Below, in pieces: positions 28,234 through 38,265 of a stretch of 64,000 nucleotides of DNA. The stretch spans positions 248,001 through 312,000 of IMG/VR virus record IMGVR_UViG_3300028558_000016, one strand, 5' to 3'. The translations under genes were made by a program, and so were the position numbers. Positions within the stretch are counted from its first letter, which is position 1. Every line of letters starts with the position of its first letter. Below the pieces are notes generated by a model. The model saw nothing but the letters and a program-made list of their open reading frames with translations. It had not been told where the DNA came from and made no database searches.

Positions 28234-29001
28234 ATGATCAGGTTAGACACAGTAAATAAGTCGATTAGAATTTATTCGGATGCTACAGCAACTACGAATG
28301 AACCAAATTATGCAACATCATGGGATGACATAAGAGTGGTAAACCCGCAGTTCACGCCAGGCAGTCAAGATGGAGCTTTAAATGGAACAACGCCGATTGC
28401 AGTAATTTCTGCGCCGGCTTCTTCAATATACAGAAATATAAAATACATCCATGTTGCGAATGTAGACACAGTTCAACACGTAATAACAGTTGAGCTTTTA
28501 AATAATGGAACACAAAGAACTCTTTTAAAAGTAACGCTTGGAATAGGAGAAGAATTAATATTCAACGATGGTTCTGGCTGGATGACGTTAGACAATATTG
28601 GCGAACTGAAAATCACCGGTAATTCCGGAGCTAACATCAAGGTTGGTCAAATAGGTTTCGGCATCGATAACAATGGAAGTGTATTAACAACAGGAACAAA
28701 AGCTTATGCAGTAGTCCCTTTCTCAGGAACGATAGTCTCATGGGAATTGTTTTCAGATGTTGCAGGAAACGTTGTGATAGATGTTTGGAAAGCTCCCTAT
28801 GCGAGTTATCCGCCAACAGTGGCAAACACCATAACAGGAACAGATAAGCCAACGCTCTCTTCTCAACAGAAGAATGTTGACACGGTTCTTACTGGATGGG
28901 GAAACCAAGTAGTCAATGCAGGAGATATTTTTGCGTTCAATATAGATTCAGTATCAACGATAACGAGACTCAACGTGAGCCTCAAAATAATTAAAGACTA
29001 A
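28234..29001 (+). CDS. Virion/fibre-associated protein, paralog of 31300..32691
   Basis: Shared roughly 130 aa N-domain MIRLDT.NKS.RI.SDATATT.EP; C-domain DVWKAPYASYPPT. Confidence 0.7.
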   Translation: MIRLDTVNKSIRIYSDATATTNEPNYATSWDDIRVVNPQFTPGSQDGALNGTTPIAVISAPASSIYRNIKYIHVANVDTVQHVITVELLNNGTQRTLLKVTLGIGEELIFNDGSGWMTLDNIGELKITGNSGANIKVGQIGFGIDNNGSVLTTGTKAYAVVPFSGTIVSWELFSDVAGNVVIDVWKAPYASYPPTVANTITGTDKPTLSSQQKNVDTVLTGWGNQVVNAGDIFAFNIDSVSTITRLNVSLKIIKD

Positions 29002-29005
29002 AAGC

Positions 29006-31132
29006 ATGTCAAAGAAAGCAATAGATTTCGTATTCACAGGAGCAACCACACCAATCGCTTCTTACGATTCAACAAAGACCAACATTGGAACTTTGATCAA
29101 ACAATATACAGGAGCTCTCGCAACAGATAAGTTTGCAGGCCCAGAAATAGTTTCTGTCGCAAGACCAGGTGAAGCTTCCACTTCCATATTCGGAGGATTT
29201 CCATATATCGTACAATTTTCTACGACAATTGATTGGGTTTTCCTTGCAGAAAACTCTGCTGCCGCTGTGACAAGAAGAATAATCTGGTATGAATTTAATA
29301 AGACTACTCAAGTCTTTACGTGGAAAGGATTCATCACACTAACATACCCAGCTGCGACCGCACACACCATAAGAGGTTTAAGCGTAACAAAAGATAATTA
29401 CACCACTGGAACTGTAGCCGTCTCAGGAACTACTGTGACTGGAACAGGTTCTTTATGGTTAACTGAACCACAATCATTAGGTTCAAGAATAGGATTTGGA
29501 ACAACCGATCCAACCGCTGTAACAACGTGGTTTGAAATCTCTGCTATAGGATCAGACACATCCATAACATTAACATCAACTGCAGGAAGCATACCTGCTG
29601 GAACTGCTTATGTCATTGAAGATTTAAGAGTCTATACTGCGACAACAAATGCTACATTAACCAATGGCGGTTTATTTGTTACTAAAGGTTTAAGAATAGA
29701 AAACTTTTCAACGGGTGGAACAACAATTTCAGCTGCTGTAACAACCGATAACATAAGAGCTGTTTACTGGTTGGCTGATGCTTCAACTGTCACAAATACT
29801 GTAGCAGGTGGTTTATATGTCGACACGAGATCTTCATGGACTAACCAAGTTGCTTACATCGTCAACGTGACAGCTGCGACAACTCCAGCTATTTATGTCT
29901 ATAATACAAGAGCAGCCTTAACGCTTGCCGCAGGAAAAGACACAACAACAAACACCATAAAGACCGGAGTTCAAACCGTAACAGGTAACGTTTCTCAGGT
30001 AGGAAATGGAATTCTTGCAACGCTTTCTCATGGACCCGGTTCAGGAGTTAAGTGTCTTTATTTTGCAACAACCTCAAGAATAATCAGAGTAGACCTTGCA
30101 AATATTACCGCAGCTTCTACAACTTTCGTATCAGACTCGATGGTTGAGGTTCCACCAGGATCTTCGACAACATATCCTTTGACTGCAGTAATGTCTCATG
30201 TTTTATATTCTTCGATGATCGACAGACTTGTAATTCTTACGACCTCAGCAGCAGGACAAAGAGGTTATGTTACACAATACAACACGACCTCAGCACAATT
30301 CGATCACATATTTTTAATAGATGACAAGAACCAGGATCAATCAACTGCTGCGGTAGGATCAATTCCTTATCCATCTCTTTCAAACACGCAGATGGTAGGA
30401 GGGATGCTAAATGGAAGAATGTTTATTGTAAGAAACTCTGCTGCGGCAACTTTAAACCAGATGTACAATCTTCCAATAGGAGCACATTGGGCTTATACTT
30501 CTACATCAAATCAGGTCTTGATAACTCCAAGCATTCCAACAACGAATGCCTTGAAATTCTATAGACTTTATGTAAACGAGATAAAAAGATTAGGAACAGA
30601 TCCTTATGTAATTCAACCGGAACCTTACAAAATGTATGCAAGAACTTCTGGTATTTCTACAAATTTAGGAACATGGACTCTCATAAACGATGATGGAGAT
30701 CTTTCAGGATTAACACCTACTTCCGAAATACAAATCAAATTGGAATTCAACATTCTTGGAAGATATTGCATTCCTTCGAGAATAATGTCTTTGGCAGTCG
30801 TCTTTGAAGACACCACGACGGATTCACACTATGAACCTTCTATCGCGAACTCGAATGTTTCTACAAACGTATTCGCCTTCAGACAATCAACGGCTTTCGG
30901 ATCAAACATCCCTAACTTAAGGATTCAATTGTTCAACGCTGTAACAGGAGTTCCTATAATAGATGACAACGTAACGTCTTCAGCTTTTGGAACTTTCCAG
31001 TATTCTTCTAACAACGGATTATCGTGGAATGCATGGAGCAATACCCAGGATGTTGTAGGAAATTACATAAGATATACAGCAACTTCTCTGCCAGGATCTA
31101 CGAGAATTAGAGCTCTATTGACGCAAGCATAA
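29006..31132 (+). CDS. Large Thr-rich beta-structured virion/tail protein
   Basis: 708 aa, T/S/G/A-rich; YTTGTVAVSGTTVTGTG tail-protein-like motif. Confidence 0.65.
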   Translation: MSKKAIDFVFTGATTPIASYDSTKTNIGTLIKQYTGALATDKFAGPEIVSVARPGEASTSIFGGFPYIVQFSTTIDWVFLAENSAAAVTRRIIWYEFNKTTQVFTWKGFITLTYPAATAHTIRGLSVTKDNYTTGTVAVSGTTVTGTGSLWLTEPQSLGSRIGFGTTDPTAVTTWFEISAIGSDTSITLTSTAGSIPAGTAYVIEDLRVYTATTNATLTNGGLFVTKGLRIENFSTGGTTISAAVTTDNIRAVYWLADASTVTNTVAGGLYVDTRSSWTNQVAYIVNVTAATTPAIYVYNTRAALTLAAGKDTTTNTIKTGVQTVTGNVSQVGNGILATLSHGPGSGVKCLYFATTSRIIRVDLANITAASTTFVSDSMVEVPPGSSTTYPLTAVMSHVLYSSMIDRLVILTTSAAGQRGYVTQYNTTSAQFDHIFLIDDKNQDQSTAAVGSIPYPSLSNTQMVGGMLNGRMFIVRNSAAATLNQMYNLPIGAHWAYTSTSNQVLITPSIPTTNALKFYRLYVNEIKRLGTDPYVIQPEPYKMYARTSGISTNLGTWTLINDDGDLSGLTPTSEIQIKLEFNILGRYCIPSRIMSLAVVFEDTTTDSHYEPSIANSNVSTNVFAFRQSTAFGSNIPNLRIQLFNAVTGVPIIDDNVTSSAFGTFQYSSNNGLSWNAWSNTQDVVGNYIRYTATSLPGSTRIRALLTQA

Positions 31133-31150
31133 AAATAAAATATTAAAAAT

Positions 31151-31300
31151 ATGCCAGTAGATGATATAGTTTTCCAAAGCAATCCACCATTCATTTTAGA
31201 AGTTCCCGCACAGACACCAGGAACAATAAGAGCATTATCGCTTGATGGAGTATTCGATTTTACAAATGCTACTGAAATAATAACGATTCAAATCAGCTAA
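31151..31300 (+). CDS. Small protein (49 aa, not in the ORF track)
   Basis: MPVDDIVFQSNPPF...ITIQIS; TAATG-coupled to the next gene. Confidence 0.5.
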   Translation: MPVDDIVFQSNPPFILEVPAQTPGTIRALSLDGVFDFTNATEIITIQIS

Positions 31301-32691
31301 TGATTAGATTAGACACCATAAACAAATCACTAAGGATCTTCTCAGATGCCACAGCAACGACAACAGAACCAGTCTTTGTTACGGCATTCGATGACATCAA
31401 TTCCACGACTCCGGTGTTAACGCCTGGAAGCAGTGATGGTGCAACTGTTGGAAATACTCCACAAACTGCAGTAGCTTCTCCGGTAGCTTCCATCTACAGA
31501 AATGTAAAATATGTAAACGTATTCAACAGTGACACAGTTTCACACGTCATCACCGTTGAACTATTAAACAATGCTACCACCAGAACCTTAATAAAAGTAA
31601 CACTTAAAACGAGTGAGCAATTAATATACAATGATGGAGATGGCTGGGGAGTTATCACAGCTTTAGGAGAAAAGAAAGTAACCGGTGTTTCAGGATTCAG
31701 TGGATTCTCAGGAGTTTCTGGAATTGGAACCTCAGGATTTTCTGGATATTCTGGAGTAAGCGGCTTCTCAGGTGTTTCAGGTTTTTCTGGAATTTCTGGA
31801 TATTCCGGTGTTTCTGGATTCTCTGGAACCTCAGGATTTTCTGGATATTCTGGAGTAAGCGGTTATTCTGGTGTCAGCGGATTCTCTGGTTATTCTGGAG
31901 TTTCTGGATTTACTGGAGTCTCCGGACAAACAGGTGTTTCGGGTTTCTCTGGAATTTCTGGTCAATCTGGCGTTAGCGGATTCACAGGAGTTTCTGGATT
32001 TTCCGGCTACACAGGCGTTTCAGGTTTTACGGGTGTTAGCGGATTTTCAGGCATTTCTGGTGATTCAGGTGTTAGTGGTTTTACTGGATATTCTGGAATT
32101 TCTGGATACAGCGGAACTTCCGGTTTCTCTGGATATTCTGGAATAAGTGGAACTTCAGGCATCTCAGGTTTTACAGGAGTAAGCGGTTACACAGGTGTTT
32201 CAGGTTTCACGGGAGTCAGCGGATTCTCTGGATATTCTGGAGTGTCGGGCTATTCCGGAACTTCAGGATTCTCAGGTTATTCCGGTACTTCCGGCTTCAC
32301 AGGAACCTCAGGTTTTTCTGGAATTTCTGGAGATCCTTCTCTTGGATTAATCACAATGAGAGCATCAAGAGCTTCAGCAAATACCACAAACATTTATCTG
32401 AGAGATATGGATGGCAATCCAATGAACCAAGCTCCTTTGGTGATGCCATACAATGGAACGATAATAAATATTTCTGCATCATCTAACACTGCTGGTCCTG
32501 GCGCATGGTCTGCAGAAGTAAGAGATAATGGAACTTTAATAGCAGGAGCAGTGATAAATATGACAGCAGTTCAAACATCAAACTTTGGAACATATTCGGT
32601 GAACGTTAATGCTGGTGCACTTCTAATGATATTCATGACAGGAACTTCCATAGATAGACCTGCAATAACAGTATTAATAAAGAGAAGATAA
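31300..32691 (+). CDS. Collagen-like (Gly-X-Ser)n fibre protein
   Basis: Paralogous N-domain, repeat tract at about 31684-32331, C-terminal beta domain. Confidence 0.75.
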   Translation: MIRLDTINKSLRIFSDATATTTEPVFVTAFDDINSTTPVLTPGSSDGATVGNTPQTAVASPVASIYRNVKYVNVFNSDTVSHVITVELLNNATTRTLIKVTLKTSEQLIYNDGDGWGVITALGEKKVTGVSGFSGFSGVSGIGTSGFSGYSGVSGFSGVSGFSGISGYSGVSGFSGTSGFSGYSGVSGYSGVSGFSGYSGVSGFTGVSGQTGVSGFSGISGQSGVSGFTGVSGFSGYTGVSGFTGVSGFSGISGDSGVSGFTGYSGISGYSGTSGFSGYSGISGTSGISGFTGVSGYTGVSGFTGVSGFSGYSGVSGYSGTSGFSGYSGTSGFTGTSGFSGISGDPSLGLITMRASRASANTTNIYLRDMDGNPMNQAPLVMPYNGTIINISASSNTAGPGAWSAEVRDNGTLIAGAVINMTAVQTSNFGTYSVNVNAGALLMIFMTGTSIDRPAITVLIKRR

Positions 32692-32699
32692 ACATATAA

Positions 32700-34937
32700 A
32701 TGGCTCCATATTTTAAAATAACTACAACAGGAACAAGCCCATCAACGGTCATTTTATATGATCTTGGTGAGAGAACTTTTACACATCCTACTGTAGATTT
32801 AGATCTTCTTTTAGAATTTTCTTTAGAAGAAATCCAGAATTCTCTGGATCTTATTACTGCAATAGATGCTGGAAGATTAACGGCAAATTTAGACGGAACA
32901 TCCGTAACTACTGCCGATCAATTCTATGCAAACCTCACGAGCGTTTCAGGATATTCTGGAATAAGTGGAACTTCAGGATTCTCTGGATACTCAGGGGTTT
33001 CTGGATATTCTGGAACTTCTGGAATAAGTGGAACATCAGGAATTTCTGGATATTCCGGAGTTTCTGGTTACACGGGCGTTTCAGGTTTTAGCGGCGTATC
33101 AGGTTTTTCTGGCGTAAGCGGATGGTCAGGAACATCGGGAATTTCTGGGTTTAGTGGAATTTCTGGATGGTCGGGAACAAGCGGAATTTCAGGAACCTCT
33201 GGTATTTCAGGAACTTCAGGAGTATCCGGATTTTCAGGAACCTCTGGATATTCTGGAACTTCCGGCTTCTCAGGTTACTCAGGAACCTCAGGTTTTTCTG
33301 GATATTCTGGAATAAGTGGAACATCAGGAATCTCCGGATTTTCTGGAGTTTCAGGTTTCACTGGAGTATCTGGTCTATCGGGTTTCTCTGGAAAAGCAGA
33401 CAGATATTTAACTTCCTCAACAACTTCTTTAACGATACCTGTTGGATCTCCAGCAGTGCAAACATTAACCGTTGAAGCAGGATTAGCATATTCAGTTGGA
33501 CAAGGCATTGTAGTTGCAAATGATTCAACACATTTATTCACAGGAGAAGTTCAATCTTACAATAATGTTTCTGGAGTTTTAGTTGTTATAGTTCAAACAG
33601 AATTAGGAACAGGAACATTTACTTCATGGACAGTTAACCTCGACGGAGTTCAAGGCGTTCAAGGAAATTCCGGTATTTCTGGATTTTCTGGAATAGCCGT
33701 ATCAGGTTTCTCTGGATATTCTGGTGTTAGCGGTTTTAGTGGAGTTTCTGGATTTACAGGAGTTTCTGGTTATTCTGGCTTCACAGGAGTTTCAGGATTC
33801 AGCGGATATTCTGGTGTGAGCGGTTACAGTGGAACATCAGGATTTTCTGGTGTTTCAGGTTTTTCAGGTTACAGCGGAGTCTCTGGATTTTCTGGAGTTT
33901 CAGGTTATTCTGGAACATCAGGCGTTAGCGGATTTTCAGGAATTAGCGGATATAGTGGAACTTCAGGTTTCACAGGAACTTCAGGCGTATCAGGTTATTC
34001 AGGCGTATCAGGTTTCACGGGAGTCTCCGGATTTAGTGGATATTCTGGTGTTAGCGGATTCACAGGTGTGAGCGGTTATTCCGGATTTTCTGGTGTGAGC
34101 GGTTACAGTGGAACATCGGGTTACTCAGGAACTTCCGGTTATTCTGGAACTTCTGGTACATCCGGTTTTTCGGGAGTTAGTGGATATTCTGGAGTTTCAG
34201 GATTTACCGGAGCTTCAGGTGTCTCTGGATTTAGCGGTGTTTCTGGTTACAGTGGAACATCAGGATTTAGTGGATATTCTGGAGTGAGCGGATATAGTGG
34301 AACTTCCGGTTTCTCTGGATATTCCGGTGTTTCAGGTTATTCTGGAGTTTCAGGATTTACCGGAGCTTCAGGTGTTTCAGGATTCACTGGAGCAAGCGGT
34401 GTTTCAGGTTTTTCAGGCGTGAGTGGATTCTCTGGATATTCTGGAGTTTCTGGATTCTCAGGTACATCTGGAAAGAGCGGATTTTCTGGAGTTTCTGGAA
34501 ATCCTCCGACATCTTCTTATGCAGAAATGTACATGACTGGTAATGGAACTGCGACAGCAGTTGTTACTGTTTCTGTTCCATTAAAAGTTGCAGGAACTAC
34601 GACAGCAGGAGATAAGACTTCTGATTGGACCCATGCTTCTAATAAGCTAACATATACCGGAACAACTACACAGGAGTTCTTCTTGAATGTTTCTTTCTCA
34701 GCAAATTCTGCTTCGGCTTCAAAGAGCTTTAGCTTCTTTGTTTACAAGAATGGTTCAGCTGTTTCAAAGTCTCAGATCAATAACTTCTTAAGAAGTTCTG
34801 GTGATGATTTTGCTGGAGGCGTTTCATGTTTGATCTCTTTAGCAACAAATGATTTTGTTGAACTGTGGACACAGAACAATACTTCGGCATCGGATGTTAC
34901 GGTATCTTATATGAATTTTAACCTTACAAGAATATAA
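32700..34937 (+). CDS. Collagen-like (Gly-X-Ser)n fibre protein with a C1q/TNF-like head
   Basis: Two repeat tracts around [13 protein letters not shown]...GLAYSVGQ; C-terminal [13 protein letters not shown]. Confidence 0.75.
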   Translation: MAPYFKITTTGTSPSTVILYDLGERTFTHPTVDLDLLLEFSLEEIQNSLDLITAIDAGRLTANLDGTSVTTADQFYANLTSVSGYSGISGTSGFSGYSGVSGYSGTSGISGTSGISGYSGVSGYTGVSGFSGVSGFSGVSGWSGTSGISGFSGISGWSGTSGISGTSGISGTSGVSGFSGTSGYSGTSGFSGYSGTSGFSGYSGISGTSGISGFSGVSGFTGVSGLSGFSGKADRYLTSSTTSLTIPVGSPAVQTLTVEAGLAYSVGQGIVVANDSTHLFTGEVQSYNNVSGVLVVIVQTELGTGTFTSWTVNLDGVQGVQGNSGISGFSGIAVSGFSGYSGVSGFSGVSGFTGVSGYSGFTGVSGFSGYSGVSGYSGTSGFSGVSGFSGYSGVSGFSGVSGYSGTSGVSGFSGISGYSGTSGFTGTSGVSGYSGVSGFTGVSGFSGYSGVSGFTGVSGYSGFSGVSGYSGTSGYSGTSGYSGTSGTSGFSGVSGYSGVSGFTGASGVSGFSGVSGYSGTSGFSGYSGVSGYSGTSGFSGYSGVSGYSGVSGFTGASGVSGFTGASGVSGFSGVSGFSGYSGVSGFSGTSGKSGFSGVSGNPPTSSYAEMYMTGNGTATAVVTVSVPLKVAGTTTAGDKTSDWTHASNKLTYTGTTTQEFFLNVSFSANSASASKSFSFFVYKNGSAVSKSQINNFLRSSGDDFAGGVSCLISLATNDFVELWTQNNTSASDVTVSYMNFNLTRI

Positions 34938-34938
34938 A

Positions 34939-36963
34939 ATGAGGATAGCAGTTTTAAATAGCGACGGATTAAAGACCACACAGGACGATCAGCTTAAGTA
35001 TTATTTTACTGTGGCAGATGGAACAGTTTTTCCAGGATCTCCTGCGATGACTGATGTTACTTCGCCAGATACTTTATATCTTTTCTTCAGATTTAATAGA
35101 CTCGATTATTTTATTTTTAAAGCTTCTGCTGTGTTATATGTGATTCCGAATTGGAATAGTTTGACATCGATTCAACAGGGTTATTATACGTCGAATTACA
35201 TATTTCCAGGTGGCCATACTATATTAGATTATTATACGCAAACAGAAGTATATGAACTTAATCAGGATTTATTTTTAAGACCAGACGTAGTTTCTTTTGA
35301 TCCTACGTTGTTGACTGCTCCACTTGTCATACAGCTTCCAGATACTGGATTGACTGGAAAAATGATTACTACTCAGAACTTATCTGATGGTATCGGAGCA
35401 TCGGGAGTTTCTGGATTTACGGGAGTTTCTGGTAAAAGTGGAGTATCTGGTTATTCTGGATTTACGGGAGTTTCTGGTTTTTCTGGATACAGTGGAGTAT
35501 CAGGTTTTTCTGGATATTCTGGAATAAGTGGTTACTCTGGAACATCCGGTTATTCTGGATTTACGGGAGTATCTGGATATTCTGGAGCTTCAGGAACATC
35601 CGGTTTGCAAGGTCCTAATGGACTTTCTGGTGTTAGCGGTGTTAGCGGTTATTCAGGAGTTTCGGGCTTCTCTGGGGTCTCAGGATTCAGTGGGTCTGGT
35701 GTTTCTGGGTTTAGCGGTTATTCAGGTGTTAGCGGTTTTAGTGGGTATTCTGGAGTTTCCGGTTTTTCAGGAACTTCAGGTGTTAGTGGATTTTCGGGGA
35801 TCGGGACATCTGGATTTACGGGGGTTTCTGGATTTAGTGGTTACTCAGGGGTTTCTGGTTTTTCTGGAATTAATGGAACTAATGGTACAAATGGAACATC
35901 TGGTTTTTCTGGTGTTAGCGGATATTCAGGAACTTCTGGAATAGGAACTTCAGGTTTTTCTGGAATAGGAACATCTGGTTTCTCTGGATATTCTGGAGTT
36001 AGTGGATATTCCGGAGTTTCAGGATACACTGGAACTTCTGGAGCAACTGGTCCAACAGGAACTTCAGGATTTAGTGGATATTCAGGTGTTAGTGGTTACT
36101 CAGGTGTTAGTGGATTTACAGGAGCTTCCGGTGTTTCCGGTTTTTCAGGAGCATCTGGGAAATCTGGTTTCTCTGGTACTAATGGAACTAACGGTGCTGT
36201 TGGAACTTCTGGAACTTCCGGATTTAGTGGTTACACAGGTGTATCTGGATTTTCAGGAATTAATGGAACTAACGGAACTTCAGGTTTCTCTGGAACAAGT
36301 GGAGTTTCAGGATTTAGTGGTTTCTCTGGAAAATCTGGATTCTCAGGAACTAACGGAACAAATGGTGCTGCAGGTACTTCTGGAACTTCAGGTGTTAGCG
36401 GATTTTCTGGAGTCATTGCTCCTGTCTTGACGACCAAAGGAGATATATTAACTTTTTCAACAGTGAATGCAAGATTACCTGTTGGAACTAATGGACAGAT
36501 ATTGTTTTCGGATTCTACACAAACTAACGGAATTAAATGGTCTAATGGAGCAAATGCACAATCATCTCCTACAGATCCAGCGACAACAGCTTCAACAACT
36601 GGTGTTATGATGGGATTAGCAGGAACTATCACACCGGTTACAACAGGAACTATAATGGTAATTATTTCTGGAGATTATGATATTACTGGAACAGGAGATT
36701 CAGGCCAAATTCAAATGAGAACAGGAACAGGAACAGCTCCTACAAATGGAGCTGCTTTAACAGGAACTACAAGAGGTGGTCTCGTTAAATTTTTAAATGG
36801 ATCAAGTGCACCGGCTTCTTCAAAAAGAGAAGCATGGAGTTTAAATTGTATAATAACAGGATTGACAGTTGGAACAGCAGTATGGATCGATGTAAGTCAG
36901 GCTTCTCCATCAGGTGGTACTTTTAGAGCAAGGGACATAAGCATCTCAGCAATTGAAATATAA
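34939..36963 (+). CDS. Collagen-like (Gly-X-Ser/Asn)n fibre protein
   Basis: Repeat tract at about 35395-36410; LTTKGDIL...RLPVGTNGQIL fibre motif; C-terminal beta head. Confidence 0.75.
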   Translation: MRIAVLNSDGLKTTQDDQLKYYFTVADGTVFPGSPAMTDVTSPDTLYLFFRFNRLDYFIFKASAVLYVIPNWNSLTSIQQGYYTSNYIFPGGHTILDYYTQTEVYELNQDLFLRPDVVSFDPTLLTAPLVIQLPDTGLTGKMITTQNLSDGIGASGVSGFTGVSGKSGVSGYSGFTGVSGFSGYSGVSGFSGYSGISGYSGTSGYSGFTGVSGYSGASGTSGLQGPNGLSGVSGVSGYSGVSGFSGVSGFSGSGVSGFSGYSGVSGFSGYSGVSGFSGTSGVSGFSGIGTSGFTGVSGFSGYSGVSGFSGINGTNGTNGTSGFSGVSGYSGTSGIGTSGFSGIGTSGFSGYSGVSGYSGVSGYTGTSGATGPTGTSGFSGYSGVSGYSGVSGFTGASGVSGFSGASGKSGFSGTNGTNGAVGTSGTSGFSGYTGVSGFSGINGTNGTSGFSGTSGVSGFSGFSGKSGFSGTNGTNGAAGTSGTSGVSGFSGVIAPVLTTKGDILTFSTVNARLPVGTNGQILFSDSTQTNGIKWSNGANAQSSPTDPATTASTTGVMMGLAGTITPVTTGTIMVIISGDYDITGTGDSGQIQMRTGTGTAPTNGAALTGTTRGGLVKFLNGSSAPASSKREAWSLNCIITGLTVGTAVWIDVSQASPSGGTFRARDISISAIEI

Positions 36964-36971
36964 ATACTAAA

Positions 36972-37631
36972 ATGAAGATAGCAAAACTTAAAACAACAGA
37001 TGTCCAAGAAACAAGCCAAGGAATCTTGGACAATTATTATGCAGTTCAAGACACACACGTGTTTGATATAACAGAAGATGATGTTACTTCTGTGACCACT
37101 CTTTCTGTATTCAATCAAGGATATGTGTTCGATTATCAAGTGTTCAGAGACTCGTTGATGACAAACATTGTTCCACAGTGGGCCAACATCTTATATGAGG
37201 ACAGAAAGAAATGTGTTCAACATTACAAATATCCTGCAAACATAAGCCAGGAAGAATTCGATAATTACTTCACACAAGCTGACCACGAAAAGAACTGGAG
37301 CGTCATAACAACTTTATCAAGAGCGACAAGGCTTCAGAGATTGTTTGCCGCTTTCCAAAAAATTTCTTATGAATTGACGCAAGCACAGGTTGCTACAATA
37401 TACATGACGACAAAGATGATGTTGATCGATTACTACTACGCGAATCTTCCACATATTTTATTTTGGATTCAGAACGGAGTTTATCCTCCAATGGGCATTA
37501 ATTTTACGACAAATGGTTTTCAACAAATGAGCGGCTTCTCTCCTACTTTGGAGATGCAACTCTTGGACATCCTCGTTAATGGTAATTATATAAACACCAG
37601 CAATGAGATAACTGGAATAAAAGTATTTTAA
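36972..37631 (+). CDS. Hypothetical protein of the fibre module
   Basis: Co-oriented, directly after the fibre genes. Confidence 0.6.
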   Translation: MKIAKLKTTDVQETSQGILDNYYAVQDTHVFDITEDDVTSVTTLSVFNQGYVFDYQVFRDSLMTNIVPQWANILYEDRKKCVQHYKYPANISQEEFDNYFTQADHEKNWSVITTLSRATRLQRLFAAFQKISYELTQAQVATIYMTTKMMLIDYYYANLPHILFWIQNGVYPPMGINFTTNGFQQMSGFSPTLEMQLLDILVNGNYINTSNEITGIKVF

Positions 37632-37648
37632 AAGAACAAACCAAGACA

Positions 37649-38227
37649 ATGCAACTGTTTTTATCATCCGGCAAATCAACACCTCCACAAAAATATCTTG
37701 ATCACAGATCAGAGATAAAGAATGGAGATTTACTTCTTTACAGAGGTTCAAGCTTAGTTTCAAGGGGGATACAATACTTTGATAAAGCATATTACAACCA
37801 CATAGGCGTTGTTTGGATTCCAGAAAATTCCGGAAGAGTTCTTACGTTAGACATGTGGTCAGGTGGATTGACATGTCTTCCTCTTTCAAGAAGAATGTCA
37901 GGCTACAACGATTTTTGCATCTTGAGACCTAAGGTAGATGCTTCCATATCTTTCGAGGCTGTTAAATCTGTTCTTGGAATGTGGGATGGAAGAAGTGTTA
38001 ATTATGATTTCGGTTTATTGCTGAGATTCATAATCATCAAGAAGACTGGAATAGACATAACAGGTCTAAGCGAGAAGGGAACTTACATCTGCAGCCAGTT
38101 CGCACAATACTACTGTCAGCTGCTTGGAATAAACATCTTCGACGGCATCGACATGATCACTCCACAAGACTTTTTAAGGAAGATGGACTTGAACTTTTTT
38201 GACGTGCTTTTACAAGAGAACAAATAA
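37649..38227 (+). CDS. Permuted papain-like NlpC/P60 (YiiX/YebB-like) enzyme
   Basis: GDLLLYRG...YNHIGVV...YDF...YICSQF (His before Cys). Confidence 0.8.
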   Translation: MQLFLSSGKSTPPQKYLDHRSEIKNGDLLLYRGSSLVSRGIQYFDKAYYNHIGVVWIPENSGRVLTLDMWSGGLTCLPLSRRMSGYNDFCILRPKVDASISFEAVKSVLGMWDGRSVNYDFGLLLRFIIIKKTGIDITGLSEKGTYICSQFAQYYCQLLGINIFDGIDMITPQDFLRKMDLNFFDVLLQENK

Positions 38228-38265
38228 TTATCAGGCGCGTATAACAAGAAAACGCGCCTGATACT

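Noticed and set aside
26352-36410. Possible CRISPR array or non-coding tandem repeat
   Set aside because: Period is 9 nt, in frame and synonymously variable; there are no constant repeats with unique spacers and no cas genes.
26368-36632. Alternative-frame and antisense ORFs in the fibre genes (PEYPEKP, LDFLE, WIFWN types)
   Set aside because: Expected by-products of 9-nt-period repeats that lack stops in other frames; no independent start context.
26091-36963. Diversity-generating retroelement acting on fibre heads
   Set aside because: No reverse transcriptase and no template/variable repeat pair differing at adenines was seen in the window.
26091-36963. Ice-nucleation protein
   Set aside because: Composition is similar, but ice-nucleation repeats are 8/16-residue AGYGSTxT units, not tripeptides with Gly every third residue.
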